Positions 27,948 through 38,130 of a DNA stretch of 64,000 nt are shown piece by piece (the stretch's first letter is position 1; each line of letters opens with the position of its first letter). A program made the position numbers and the translations under genes. Source of the stretch: Candidatus Poribacteria bacterium (lineage in GTDB: Bacteria > Poribacteria > WGA-4E > PCPOR2b); NCBI GenBank assembly GCA_965204355.1, contig OZ241983.1:5957088-6021087 (forward strand). Direction: 5' to 3'. Below the pieces are notes generated by a model that had not been told where the DNA came from, made no database searches, and saw only the letters and a list, made by a program, of their open reading frames with translations.

Positions 27948-29066
27948 ATGATCATCGACTCTCACGCATACTGCTTTGAGCCAGCGGATAGCCCACGCGG
28001 ATACGCCAGCAGTGAAGAACATCTTAAGTGGGTACAAGCATCGCACGCGGTGCACCATCAGCCAGCGTTTCGGATTCGTGACCGCGTACCCGGTCCCTCA
28101 GATGTTCTCGCCCCCGAAGGGCGCCGCGATTTATCCAACCTTCCCGACCTACGATTTCGGATTAACCACCCACGCGGCAGAGTAGTCTGGAACTACGAGG
28201 GTGAGGAATACACCAAACACTTTTATCCCCCAAATCTGCGAAGTTGTGAATTCACGCCTTTCAGCCTGAACGCCGAGATGGATTATGCGGATGTGGATAT
28301 GGCACTGCTCCACACAAACCCAATGCTCGGGCGAGATAGCACTTATCAAGCGGAATGTGTGCAGCGATTTCCCGACCGTCTCCGTTCAATGACACACGTA
28401 GATGAATGGCGTATCCGTGATGAGATGGATGCCGTTATTGATGAAGTAACGACCGCTATCACCGTGCACGGATTGCACGCTATCAAATTCAATCCACTGA
28501 CCTACATTATAAGCCCCGCCCCGTGGGACGACGGTGTCTATCGCCCATTCTGGGAAGCGGTTACCTCCCTCGGTGTCCCTATATTCTTCACGCTGGGCAG
28601 CGGACCAAAGGCGGATCAATTCACACTCTCAGACATTGAACAGCAAGAGGGCTATCTGAACGAACTTCGCGTCCTAATCCGATGGATGGAACGCTATCCA
28701 GAGACCATTTGCAGCATCACTCACGGCTTCCCTTGGCGGGCCTTTCTGGACGGAGACCGCATCACGCTGCCAGAAGCCATCTGGGAACCGTTCCAAAATC
28801 CAAATCTCAGCTTGGAAGTGTGCTTTCCCGTCCGAATCGGTGACATCTTCGATTATCCCTATCGAGAGGTTTGGCCCACCCTTGAAGCAATGGTTGAACA
28901 CATCGGCGCAGATCACCTGCTTTGGGGAACAGATATGCCGTTCCAAAACCGTTTTTGCACGTACCGCCAGTCCCGTCACTGGATTGAGAGATACTGCACT
29001 TTCCTAACCTCCGATGACTTGGCGATGATCATGGGCGGCACGGTCGCACGTATTCTTGGGCTTTGA
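27948..29066 (+). CDS. amidohydrolase-2 family metal-dependent hydrolase
   Basis: MIIDSHAY... and LLWGTDMPF motifs of TIM-barrel amidohydrolases. Confidence 0.7.
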   Translation: MIIDSHAYCFEPADSPRGYASSEEHLKWVQASHAVHHQPAFRIRDRVPGPSDVLAPEGRRDLSNLPDLRFRINHPRGRVVWNYEGEEYTKHFYPPNLRSCEFTPFSLNAEMDYADVDMALLHTNPMLGRDSTYQAECVQRFPDRLRSMTHVDEWRIRDEMDAVIDEVTTAITVHGLHAIKFNPLTYIISPAPWDDGVYRPFWEAVTSLGVPIFFTLGSGPKADQFTLSDIEQQEGYLNELRVLIRWMERYPETICSITHGFPWRAFLDGDRITLPEAIWEPFQNPNLSLEVCFPVRIGDIFDYPYREVWPTLEAMVEHIGADHLLWGTDMPFQNRFCTYRQSRHWIERYCTFLTSDDLAMIMGGTVARILGL

Positions 29067-29326
29067 GGACTGAGGTAGGATCGCTGCTATCACCACTGGT
29101 ATGTTCAGATCTTAAACCTATACAACAGATCAAATGTGCATGAGCGGGGGTTCAGTGAAATTCTAGACGAAACAACAGGAGAGCTTACCGGCTGTGAAGT
29201 GAATGACGAACCGCTGTTTCCGATTCTGCCGACGCTGGGCGTGAGTGCGACGTTTTAGGTAAGTAGCGAAATCTATGAAACCAAAAACTCGCCAGATTCA
29301 GTAGATTACTAGAGAGTGTATAATGC

Positions 29327-29356
29327 TTGACATCTCTCAATCACTTTGATTATAAT
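29327..29356 (+). promoter_or_regulatory. sigma70-like promoter (TTGACA-17-TTATAAT) upstream of rhodanese gene
   Basis: TTGACA at 29327, 17-nt spacer, TTATAAT at ~29350; also TGTATAAT upstream. Confidence 0.5.
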
Positions 29357-29431
29357 TGGAGAATCATAAGCGCGAAGCAGCATGCATCATTTTGAATTCA
29401 TACTATATGGCAGTACGCAAGGAGAGGGCCG

Positions 29432-29875
29432 ATGCTGAACAGTATCAAAAAAGCACTGCAAAAGCTCTTCAATAGGAGCGCACCCTCCTCGGTCAAAGGT
29501 AGTATGCCCCGAGCCGCACCAAGTGCCGAAGAAGCAATTATCCCTTTTAATCCTGCTGAACATGCAATCCAACCTCAAAGCCTCAAGCGGCTGATAGATA
29601 ACGGTCACGACATTGTCTTATTAGACGTGCGTGAAGCGTGGGAATACGAAATTGTGCATCTTAAAGATGCAAAGCAGATTCCCCTCGGAAAGCTACCACA
29701 ACAGGCATCTTTACTGAACCCTTACGCTGAAATTGTTGTATATTGCCACAAAGGGATGCGTAGCTTAGATGCCGCGCATCTGCTACAACAACTTGGATTC
29801 AAACGGATCAAAAGTTTGGTTGGCGGTATTGATCGATGGGCGAGGGAAATTGATACCGAACTTCAGCGATATTAA
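29432..29875 (+). CDS. rhodanese-domain sulfurtransferase
   Basis: single rhodanese domain with active-site loop VYCHKGMRS. Confidence 0.8.
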   Translation: MLNSIKKALQKLFNRSAPSSVKGSMPRAAPSAEEAIIPFNPAEHAIQPQSLKRLIDNGHDIVLLDVREAWEYEIVHLKDAKQIPLGKLPQQASLLNPYAEIVVYCHKGMRSLDAAHLLQQLGFKRIKSLVGGIDRWAREIDTELQRY

Positions 29876-29894
29876 TCTTTCGAGCACGTGGTTT

Positions 29895-30734
29895 TCACGC
29901 ATTGATGGAGGCTATCTTTTCACGCAGGAACGCGACGCACCCGTCCACCTCTGCTTCGCTAAGACCGTGAAGAACTATCGGGATATCGGGGTCAACGTCG
30001 TTGAGCAATGACAGGTATTGGTCGTAATCTAACAGCCCTTTTCCCGCGGCAAGATGGCCCGCTTCGCCATCTCGGTCAAGGTCTTTCGCGTGCGCAAAAG
30101 CGATGTGCTCACCGAGCAACGCGAAGGCTTCACCAAGAATTTCACGCATGTGCGGCAATTCCCCGGCATGAAAAATATTGGCACCATCCATAACCACCTT
30201 CAGATAGGGCGAACCGATCTGGTCAATGATGCGACGGGCTTTTATTGCAGAATCAACTACATTGGCAACTTCCGGTTCAAAGGCGAGAGTAACTTGGTAT
30301 TCCTCGGCGACCTCTATGGCTTGACGCATTGAAACCACTAAATCCTCCCACGCTTCTGGCGTGTCATTGTCTGGGTGTCGCCGCCACATGTTATCGGGAT
30401 CTCGTGAACCAGTGCATAGCGTAATCACCGACGTGCCTAACCGTTCACAAGCCGCTGCCAACACACGTAAGTCCCGCAATCCGTCGGCGCGCCGCTGTAC
30501 ATCGGGATGAATCATGTTGTAGGTGCCACCAAGCGCGGTCATTGCGATATTGCGTGCCCCCATTTCTTCACGGACTTTATCACATAAGTCCCCATCAATA
30601 TGCGTTGGTATTTTAGTCACACCGGCACTCGAAAGGTTAAATTGCATACAGCTAATACCATGGTTTACAGCGGCATCCAACGCTTCTTCCAACGTCGCAC
30701 GGTCAAAGGTTCCAGACATAATCCCAATCTGCAT
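29895..30734 (-). CDS. sugar phosphate isomerase/epimerase (xylose-isomerase-like TIM barrel)
   Basis: MQIGIMSGTF..., AFEPEV, HAKD motifs. Confidence 0.7.
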   Translation of the reverse strand: MQIGIMSGTFDRATLEEALDAAVNHGISCMQFNLSSAGVTKIPTHIDGDLCDKVREEMGARNIAMTALGGTYNMIHPDVQRRADGLRDLRVLAAACERLGTSVITLCTGSRDPDNMWRRHPDNDTPEAWEDLVVSMRQAIEVAEEYQVTLAFEPEVANVVDSAIKARRIIDQIGSPYLKVVMDGANIFHAGELPHMREILGEAFALLGEHIAFAHAKDLDRDGEAGHLAAGKGLLDYDQYLSLLNDVDPDIPIVLHGLSEAEVDGCVAFLREKIASINA

Positions 30735-30917
30735 TCGTATCCCCTCCTCAGCTCAGACCAATTCTCGATTTATGCACGAGTAATCTATTAAGCGATCCAC
30801 CACTATACCACCCCTTATACACAGAATCAAGTGAAAATTAATCGACACCACGACAAGGAAAAACTGAACACATCAAATAACAAGCATCGCGGATACTATT
30901 CTCTGATTCTCTAACGT

Positions 30918-32627
30918 ATGCACAAACTACCAATTCTACTCAAAGCCAGTTGGCAGGACTGGTTAAATAGTATCCAATACGCCTCAGAGGAGAGACGGAA
31001 AAAGGTCGCGGAGGTTATCGGTTTCCTTGTTCTGATGGTTGCGCTATACCTGATAGGCCATGCTGTTTTCAAAGTCGTCGGACAGCAGGCTGCTTTGAGT
31101 CCCGATGCAATCGGGGCTGACACCTATACACAAACCATACTACGCGCCCTCAACATTTGTGTAGGACTTGGTGCGCTCATTCTGGCGAAAGGGGCAATAG
31201 AAGGTACAATCAAACAGTTTTACGAAGCCCCCGATACATCACTGCTTCTGTCATCGCTATCTCCATCAACCGTTTTTGGATTCAAGTTAATTCAACTCAT
31301 CGCATCGAATTCATTAGGTATGATGATGTGGCTGTTCCCCCCGTGGATTGCATTTGGACGACTTTTCGGACTGCCGTGGCATTTTTACCTTGGCCTTATC
31401 CCAACCTGCTTCTGTCTACTCGTCATCATTGTAACGGATGTTGTGGTCGTGATGATGTTGGTTACGCGCTTCTTTTCTTCACAGCGAATGATACAGTTCT
31501 TAAAAGTTGTCGGTGCGATTATTGGTGCTGCCGCCGGATTTTTCCTCGCGTTCAGTATCTTTACATTTGAGTGGTCAGATGAGATTGCCACATTTCTCCT
31601 AGGACGATTAAAACTCCCCACATCCGACTGGTTTCCGCATCTATGGGCAGCAAAATTGATGATGAGTTGGCTCCCCGAATCGGGAGTCCAGCCGCTGCGA
31701 TGGGCGATTCAGCTAGCGGTTGTGAGCGTAGCGACACCGTTCTTAAGTGTATTATTGGCTTCCAAAATCTATCACCGGAGTTGGGAATATGCAAGGGGTG
31801 TAGAGATTAATCCGAAACAGAACAGTAAGCAGCGGCGGAACACCGCCCTCCTCGGTCGCGGCAAAATCCGTTCCATGATGGTAAAAGATTTCCACGTTTT
31901 CCTCCGACACAAGGGGCGAGTAACCCTGATTATAATCCTAACCCTCATTCAGTTGATACCGATATTTGCCCTACTTTATCAGATGCGCCCGGAAGACCAA
32001 ATCCACTACGGCTTTCATCTGCCAAACTTAGCAGCAATAGTTGTTCAGATCATGATCTACAGTCTGATCGCGACAGCCGGGCTCTCGTGGGGAGGCTGCA
32101 AAGCAGAAGCAAAAACGTGGTGGCTGTTAAAATCAAGTTCGATTTCACCGACGCTGCTTTTCAAGAGCAAACTTTCGATCGGGATACTCTGCACAGCTGC
32201 TTACGCGGGTGTATGGGTTTTTGTAATATTAACCCTGTTTCGGATACCTATCCAGTTATGGCTACCAATCCTATTGATGATTGCAGCGATCACAGCGACA
32301 GCCACCGCATTCAACACAGCAATGGGAACACTACCGTGGGTAGCAGAAATTGGAGAAACTAATCGGGATTTCGACAGGCAACCAGTCCTCCGATTTGCGA
32401 CCCTCTTGGTTACAATCATCGCTAACCTCATACTGCTCAGTGTGCCCACCATAATCTTGCAAATCGTTGTTCTTAGCGAGATGAAACTCTTTGGGGGAAA
32501 ACAGAGCGGCTTACTTTCTATCCCACAACAACTCACAATTGGGTTTATTCTGATTAGCCTTATTGGTGTGTGGGTGATCTCATACCTTCTCGGCAGGCAA
32601 TCGTTACGGAAACTGCTCTATAGATAA
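30918..32627 (+). CDS. polytopic membrane protein of unknown function
   Basis: 569 aa, >10 predicted TM helices, no motif recognised. Confidence 0.55.
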   Translation: MHKLPILLKASWQDWLNSIQYASEERRKKVAEVIGFLVLMVALYLIGHAVFKVVGQQAALSPDAIGADTYTQTILRALNICVGLGALILAKGAIEGTIKQFYEAPDTSLLLSSLSPSTVFGFKLIQLIASNSLGMMMWLFPPWIAFGRLFGLPWHFYLGLIPTCFCLLVIIVTDVVVVMMLVTRFFSSQRMIQFLKVVGAIIGAAAGFFLAFSIFTFEWSDEIATFLLGRLKLPTSDWFPHLWAAKLMMSWLPESGVQPLRWAIQLAVVSVATPFLSVLLASKIYHRSWEYARGVEINPKQNSKQRRNTALLGRGKIRSMMVKDFHVFLRHKGRVTLIIILTLIQLIPIFALLYQMRPEDQIHYGFHLPNLAAIVVQIMIYSLIATAGLSWGGCKAEAKTWWLLKSSSISPTLLFKSKLSIGILCTAAYAGVWVFVILTLFRIPIQLWLPILLMIAAITATATAFNTAMGTLPWVAEIGETNRDFDRQPVLRFATLLVTIIANLILLSVPTIILQIVVLSEMKLFGGKQSGLLSIPQQLTIGFILISLIGVWVISYLLGRQSLRKLLYR

Positions 32628-32836
32628 TTTTAGCTACTACCCGACCACCGTAGGTTGGGCATCTTGCTCGACCCATAGCGATAAGTAACAACCTATGTCA
32701 TCTCTAAAATTACTGTTGAAATAGAATACGAAATATGCTAGAGTCTTATTCAATATACATAAACGTGGAAAGATAAAATTGTGTGTAAATTGGGTAAAAA
32801 TGAAAAGCACCCATAAATCAGATTGGAGGAAATTGG

Positions 32837-33889
32837 ATGGCAATCGATAAAGTACGAGTTGCAGTTGTTGGTATGGGCATCGGCAAACCCAATGGGCGTG
32901 CCTTGGCAGCAAACCCGCGTGGACAGGTCATTGCCCTCTGTGATCTGTTAGAAGAACGGATGCAGGAATTTGCGAAGGAGTTGCCGGAAGAGGTCAAATT
33001 TTACACCGACTACAAACAGATGTGCAAAGACCCAGAAATTGATGCCGTCTTCGTCGGAACACCGAATCAATGGCATGTTCCTGTCGCGTTGGAAGCTGTG
33101 CGAAATGGGAAGCATGTTATGGTGACCAAACCGCTCGCCGATTCGGAAGCAGCAGCGAAGGAATTGGTTGCTGAAGCAGAGGCAGCAGGTGTCGTGAACA
33201 TGATGTCGCTTTCCACCCGTTTTGGGCGCGACTGTCAATATCTCGGAAATCTCCAACGACAAGGATACTTCGGCGAACTCTACTACGCAAGATCCCGCAG
33301 CGTCCGAAGAAACGGAATTCCAACGTGGAGCCTCGGATTCATTCAGAAGGGTGGCGGTGCTTTTCGCGATATGGGTGTGCATGCCCTCGACGCTGTGTGG
33401 TGGGTGCTGGGTATGCCCAAACCCGTTGGCGTGTTAGGCACCGCTGGAGCGAAGTTTGGTCCCCACGGATTGGGCTATTCTGGCAGTACACCTCCGCCTA
33501 AATCATTCTATGAACAGTACGCATCGGACGATTATGGAGGCGGTTTTATCCGCTTCGAGAACGGCACCGGTCTACAGATTGAGAGTTTCTGGGCATCGCA
33601 TCAGCCGGGTGAGTTTCAGATGGAATTGTTTGGCACGGAAGCGGGCGCTAGGCTCAGTCCACTCACACTCTATCGCATGGAAGACGGCTCCACCCAAGAT
33701 ATCAACGTTGATCCACCGCCGGGACTTGAATCTTGGGATAACATCGCCGCGCATTTTATTGACAGCATCTTGGATGGCAAACCGTCTGCAGCCCCACTCC
33801 GCCACGGACTTATTGTGCAACAGATGATGGAAGCCCTACTCCTGAGTGCGGAAACGGGGAAGGAAGTGCGGATCGAAACTGATGAGTAA
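32837..33889 (+). CDS. Gfo/Idh/MocA-family oxidoreductase
   Basis: VRVAVVGMGIGK Rossmann N-terminus, EKP-like motif VTKPLA; strong RBS GGAGGA. Confidence 0.85.
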   Translation: MAIDKVRVAVVGMGIGKPNGRALAANPRGQVIALCDLLEERMQEFAKELPEEVKFYTDYKQMCKDPEIDAVFVGTPNQWHVPVALEAVRNGKHVMVTKPLADSEAAAKELVAEAEAAGVVNMMSLSTRFGRDCQYLGNLQRQGYFGELYYARSRSVRRNGIPTWSLGFIQKGGGAFRDMGVHALDAVWWVLGMPKPVGVLGTAGAKFGPHGLGYSGSTPPPKSFYEQYASDDYGGGFIRFENGTGLQIESFWASHQPGEFQMELFGTEAGARLSPLTLYRMEDGSTQDINVDPPPGLESWDNIAAHFIDSILDGKPSAAPLRHGLIVQQMMEALLLSAETGKEVRIETDE

Positions 33890-34016
33890 TTTCCTTGACT
33901 CCAGTTCCAAATCCCCATTTGCAAATTTCCATGGGACTGTGGTATAATTTGGGCAACCAAATTTACCGAAACCGTAGACAATTAAAAAGATTAGACATGT
34001 CCGAGGAGAGATAGAA

Positions 34017-35252
34017 ATGGCTTATGTGATTGCCGAACCCTGTGTTGACGTCATGGATACGGCGTGCGTTGATGTGTGTCCGGTCGATTGTATTCATACA
34101 AAAGAAGGGGAAAAACAGCTCTATATTAACCCCGCCGAATGTATTGACTGCGCCGCGTGTGAACCCGCATGTCCGGTCACCGCAATTTTCATACTTGACG
34201 ATGTCCCGGAGCAGTGGACCTCCTATGTCGAATTAAACGAGAAATTCTTTGAGGATTTTGTCAAACCGACAAAAGCGGGGGCAGCAGCAGGAGAAGATGG
34301 CGCAGACGCAGCGGACGAAGATAAAATTGGAATTGAGGAGTTTGTACAAGACATTGAATCCCCCAAGTCTTCGATTCGCCCCGTATTGCGTCCGTTTGTT
34401 ATGCTCTCCCAGCTTGTGCTTGGCGCTTTTGACGCGAAATTTAAGCGTGAACTTGAGGAGATGGCTCAGAACCCGGTCATCTTTAGCGCCCCAATTTCAA
34501 CGGGAATTAACAGTCTCATTAATTTAACGCTCTATCCACTTGTGCTTTTCCTCCTTTTCTCCGGCGGGAATATAGGATCCGCACTGTTCACCGGTAAAGG
34601 AAACTTTGCGATCTTCCTCGGCGTTATCTTGGCGGTCCTTGAGGGGCTCTACCGATTTAGAGATGATCTTGCCACAACGGATAGCGAAGAACCCTCTCGA
34701 TATGGTGCTTCGATATACGGCTGGATACCATCGCTGGTCGTCCGTCCACTGTTGTCAGCGTTGCGACCGGTGCTTGCAACGGAACCGACTTCTCCGCGTT
34801 CAACTATGCCGGGTGCTGTCCTTACCGATGGGCCCATTTACCAAGAGGATGTCCGTGAACGCTATCGCCGTTACGGGATGCTAAACCGGATGGAAGAGGA
34901 AGTTGATCGGTACATCATCGAAATAGAGTTCCCTCGCTGGGTACCTGACTCCACATATAAGCGGAAGTACAACCTCCCGGATCGGATGCCGGATTACACA
35001 TATCAGGTCAATCTTGGAGAAGGCACGGTCGAGGTAGAAAGCAAGTTGGAAGATTCCCGATTCACCGAAGTCGCTGGACGTATCAGTTCATTCCCCCTCG
35101 GCTTCAACAACGTGTTTCGTATCGAAGCACAACCTGAAGACTTTCAGGCAATGCTACGAGATAAAGTGCTGGAAATCGTCGTCCCAAAAGCCGGGAAGGT
35201 CGAAGATCTCGTTATCGAGCGACCGGTCCATTATGCGAAGATTAAGGGATAG
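34017..35252 (+). CDS. 7Fe (FdxA-type) ferredoxin domain fused to TM segment and Hsp20/alpha-crystallin-like C-terminal domain
   Basis: AYVIAEPCVDVMDTACVDVCPVDCIH...CIDCAACEPACPV; hydrophobic stretch LINLTLYPLVLFLLF...; C-terminal FNNVFRIEAQPEDFQAMLRDKVLEIVVPK resembles ACD signature. Confidence 0.55.
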   Translation: MAYVIAEPCVDVMDTACVDVCPVDCIHTKEGEKQLYINPAECIDCAACEPACPVTAIFILDDVPEQWTSYVELNEKFFEDFVKPTKAGAAAGEDGADAADEDKIGIEEFVQDIESPKSSIRPVLRPFVMLSQLVLGAFDAKFKRELEEMAQNPVIFSAPISTGINSLINLTLYPLVLFLLFSGGNIGSALFTGKGNFAIFLGVILAVLEGLYRFRDDLATTDSEEPSRYGASIYGWIPSLVVRPLLSALRPVLATEPTSPRSTMPGAVLTDGPIYQEDVRERYRRYGMLNRMEEEVDRYIIEIEFPRWVPDSTYKRKYNLPDRMPDYTYQVNLGEGTVEVESKLEDSRFTEVAGRISSFPLGFNNVFRIEAQPEDFQAMLRDKVLEIVVPKAGKVEDLVIERPVHYAKIKG

Positions 35253-35274
35253 TCGCGATAATTCCGAACCCACA

Positions 35275-35315
35275 AAGCGGAATCTGGAGTAACTCTCTGG
35301 ATTCCGCTTTTTTTA
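35275..35315 (+). terminator. rho-independent terminator
   Basis: GCGGAATCTGGAG...CTGGATTCCGC stem followed by TTTTTTT. Confidence 0.7.
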
Positions 35316-35520
35316 TCGAAATCTTCCGTTCTAAAACCCCGTCTTTTAAGGCGGGGATACAGAACGGCGCCCCCTGTGAGTTAGTCTAACAAGTGTTGAA
35401 ATTGCAGGTTGAATATGGTATACTCGTCTTGGCTTTCGTGGGAAGGTCTCACGCCACCGCACGGTGGTGCTTCCCACAGCCTTTGAGACAGGACATGAGA
35501 GCTAGAAAGCCGCATCCATA

Positions 35521-36648
35521 ATGAAAACTTACAAGTTCAAGTTGTATTCTAATCACGGGAATCGTGAATTGCACAAGACCATAGATGGACACGCTTCTGT
35601 GTGGAATCACTGTGTCGCTCTCCAGCGTCGTTCCTATGGCATGTATGGCAAATATATCAGCAAGTTTCGGTTGATAAACCATATCTCCAAACTGAAACGG
35701 TTGTCTCGTTTTGCCCACTGGAATCAGTTACCCAGTCAAGCGGTTCAAGACGTTGTCACGCGCCTAGACAAAGGCTACCGGGCAATGTTTGAAGCGAGAG
35801 CCAAAGGTAAGCCGTGGGGGCGTCCCCGTTTCAAACCCCGTCGCAAATACAAATCCTTCACACTGCTTCAGGCGGGTTGGAAACTGTTGCCGGACAACCA
35901 GGTTCGGATAGGCAAACGAATCTATCAATTTTTCAAGTCCCGTGATGTTTTGGGCAACCCAAAACGTTGCACTATCAAACGGGACGCTCTTGGTGATGTC
36001 TATATCTGTGTGCTAACTGACTATGTAGATCCTGACCTTAATCGAGTCATGACGGGTAAAATCGCAGGCTTCGATTTTGGTCTAAAGCGGTATCTCACCG
36101 GTCATAACGGACATGATATAGACTCACCCCAGTTTTTCAAACGCAGTATCAACGCAGTCAAACGTGCCAACCGCAAGCATTCCCGAAAAAAGAAAGGTTC
36201 AAAGAACCGTGAACGGGCACGGCTTGATTTGGCTCGGAAGCATCGCAAAATTGAACGTCAGCGAGAGGACTTCCACTGGAAACTTGCACACTCGCTCATC
36301 AATGTATACGACGAGATACGCCTTGAGGATTTAAACCTCAAGGGCATGCAAGCCCTTTGGGGAGGTAAGGTCAGCGACTTAGGCTTTGCTGATTTCATTG
36401 ATAAATTGCAACACATTGCAGCTAAACAGGGTGTCACAATCACTTTCATTGATAAATGGTATCCTTCATCTAAGACGTGCTCGGCTTGTGGTGCAATCGA
36501 TGAAACATTGAATCTACGTGATAGAACGTGGCAGTGTAGTGGTTGTGGTGCTACACATGACCGTGACCGCAACGCAGCAATTAACATCTACAGGGTTGGG
36601 GCATCAACCCGTGAAGGAGAAGTTGTAAGTCCATCTTCGGATGGCTAA
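35521..36648 (+). CDS. tnpB: TnpB (OrfB) RNA-guided nuclease of IS200/IS605 family
   Basis: RuvC-like motifs and C-terminal CxxC...CxxC zinc finger (CSACGAI...CSGCGATHDRDRNAAINI). Confidence 0.85.
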   Translation: MKTYKFKLYSNHGNRELHKTIDGHASVWNHCVALQRRSYGMYGKYISKFRLINHISKLKRLSRFAHWNQLPSQAVQDVVTRLDKGYRAMFEARAKGKPWGRPRFKPRRKYKSFTLLQAGWKLLPDNQVRIGKRIYQFFKSRDVLGNPKRCTIKRDALGDVYICVLTDYVDPDLNRVMTGKIAGFDFGLKRYLTGHNGHDIDSPQFFKRSINAVKRANRKHSRKKKGSKNRERARLDLARKHRKIERQREDFHWKLAHSLINVYDEIRLEDLNLKGMQALWGGKVSDLGFADFIDKLQHIAAKQGVTITFIDKWYPSSKTCSACGAIDETLNLRDRTWQCSGCGATHDRDRNAAINIYRVGASTREGEVVSPSSDG

Positions 36649-36649
36649 C

Positions 36650-36830
36650 TTTGTTGATAGCACAATTCGTGTACCTGAAAGACAAAAGAAGCTCCGTCCT
36701 TCAGGGCGGGGAGTATGTCAATTTCGACCGTGTAAAGAAATTGTACAAAGAAACCGAGTTTTGCCGTCCGTTCCGAGACCAGGAGAAAAACTCGGTTTCT
36801 CTAAGCTGCTCTACACTTTTCAAAGCGCGC
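36650..36830 (+). ncRNA. putative omegaRNA/right-end RNA of the tnpB element
   Basis: position overlapping tnpB 3' end plus conserved-looking hairpins; guide would correspond to bioA 5' flank. Confidence 0.35.
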
Positions 36831-36831
36831 C

Positions 36832-38109
36832 ATGACTATCCCCTACAAAATCCCTGATTGGGAAACAGCAGGGGTCAACCACATCTGGTTGCCCTACACA
36901 CAGATGCAAACTGCACCGTTGCCGCTGCCGGTCATCTCCGCCAGCGGTGTTCGGCTGACCCTAGCCGATGGTAGAGAATTGATTGACGGCATAGCGTCAT
37001 GGTGGTGTGCCTGTCACGGATACCAACACCCCTATCTGATAAAACAGATTTCCAACCAGTTAGACACGCTGCCGCACGTCATGTTTGCGGGGCTTGCCCA
37101 TGAACCGGCTTACACACTTGCCCGTCGGCTCGTTTCCATCGCACCACAGGGGTTAAACCGTGTATTCTTTTCCGATTCCGGCTCAATAGCCGTCGAAGTG
37201 GGAATGAAAATGGCAGCACAGTTTTGGGCTAACCGACAGGAACCGGATAAGCGCAAGTTTATCTGTTTTCGGAACGGTTATCACGGGGATACCATGGGCG
37301 GCATGTCGCTCGCCGATCCCGAAACAGGCATGCACCGGACGTTAAACCGCTACATGCCCGAACAGCATGTTTTCGACATTCCCAACAGCAGGGCGGATCT
37401 GGCTGCGCTCGCAGCATCACTAAAGGAAGTTAGAGAAACAGCGGCAGGGCTTGTAATTGAACCGCTGGTTCAGGCAGCAGGGGGAATGAAGTTCCATTCA
37501 CCCGAAACCCTCGCTGAAATCTACCAGCTTTGTAAGGAACACCGTATCCTATTTATTGCCGATGAAATCGCCACCGGGTTCGGGCGTACCGGCTCGATGT
37601 TCGCCTGCTTAGAAGCCGGCATCACACCCGATATTATGTGTCTGGGCAAGGCGCTCACCGGCGGTATGGTAGGGTTGGCTGCGACCTTAGCCACGGAAGA
37701 GGTATTTGAGGCTTTTCTTTCAGACCGGTTAGACACTGCGCTGATGCACGGTCCCACATTCATGGCAAATCCAATAGCGTGTGCCGCTGCTAACGCTTCA
37801 CTCGATCTATTTGACAAGGAACCTCGAATCGCACAGATCCAAGGGATTGAGACGCAGTTACGGGAAGAACTGAAACCGTGCCATAAACTGGAGAATGTCG
37901 CCGATGTGAGAGTGAAGGGCGCTATTGGTGTCGTTCAGTTGTCCAATCCCAGTGAGAAGCATATACTTGCGCTCCGACAGCGGTTTATAGACGAGGGTGT
38001 GTGGCTCAGACCGTTTAGCGATGTTATCTATATTATGCCTGCCTTCACGATTTCGTCAGCAGAATTAACGCGATTGACTGACGCAGTGTTTAAGGTCTTA
38101 GCAGCATAG
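36832..38109 (+). CDS. bioA: adenosylmethionine-8-amino-7-oxononanoate aminotransferase
   Basis: class-III PLP aminotransferase with BioA signatures (WWCACHGYQHP, IADEIATGFGRTG, KALTGG). Confidence 0.85.
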   Translation: MTIPYKIPDWETAGVNHIWLPYTQMQTAPLPLPVISASGVRLTLADGRELIDGIASWWCACHGYQHPYLIKQISNQLDTLPHVMFAGLAHEPAYTLARRLVSIAPQGLNRVFFSDSGSIAVEVGMKMAAQFWANRQEPDKRKFICFRNGYHGDTMGGMSLADPETGMHRTLNRYMPEQHVFDIPNSRADLAALAASLKEVRETAAGLVIEPLVQAAGGMKFHSPETLAEIYQLCKEHRILFIADEIATGFGRTGSMFACLEAGITPDIMCLGKALTGGMVGLAATLATEEVFEAFLSDRLDTALMHGPTFMANPIACAAANASLDLFDKEPRIAQIQGIETQLREELKPCHKLENVADVRVKGAIGVVQLSNPSEKHILALRQRFIDEGVWLRPFSDVIYIMPAFTISSAELTRLTDAVFKVLAA

Positions 38110-38130
38110 TTAGCCCTGTTCCCTCCCACC

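Larger units (their letters stand above)
35330..36830 (+). mobile_element. IS605-family (IS1341-like) element carrying tnpB only, structured left/right ends
   Basis: TnpB ORF flanked by hairpin-rich ends (CCCCGTCTTTTAAGGCGGGG; GAAACCGAGTT...AACTCGGTTTC); no tnpA. Confidence 0.7.

Noticed and set aside
29070-29430. Searched for tRNA/tmRNA/RNase P/SRP-like sequences in the larger intergenic gaps (29070-29430, 46230-46640, 56760-57060, 9040-9170)
   Set aside because: No cloverleaf-compatible tRNA or conserved ncRNA consensus was recognisable. 56760-57060 is instead explained by a T-box leader.
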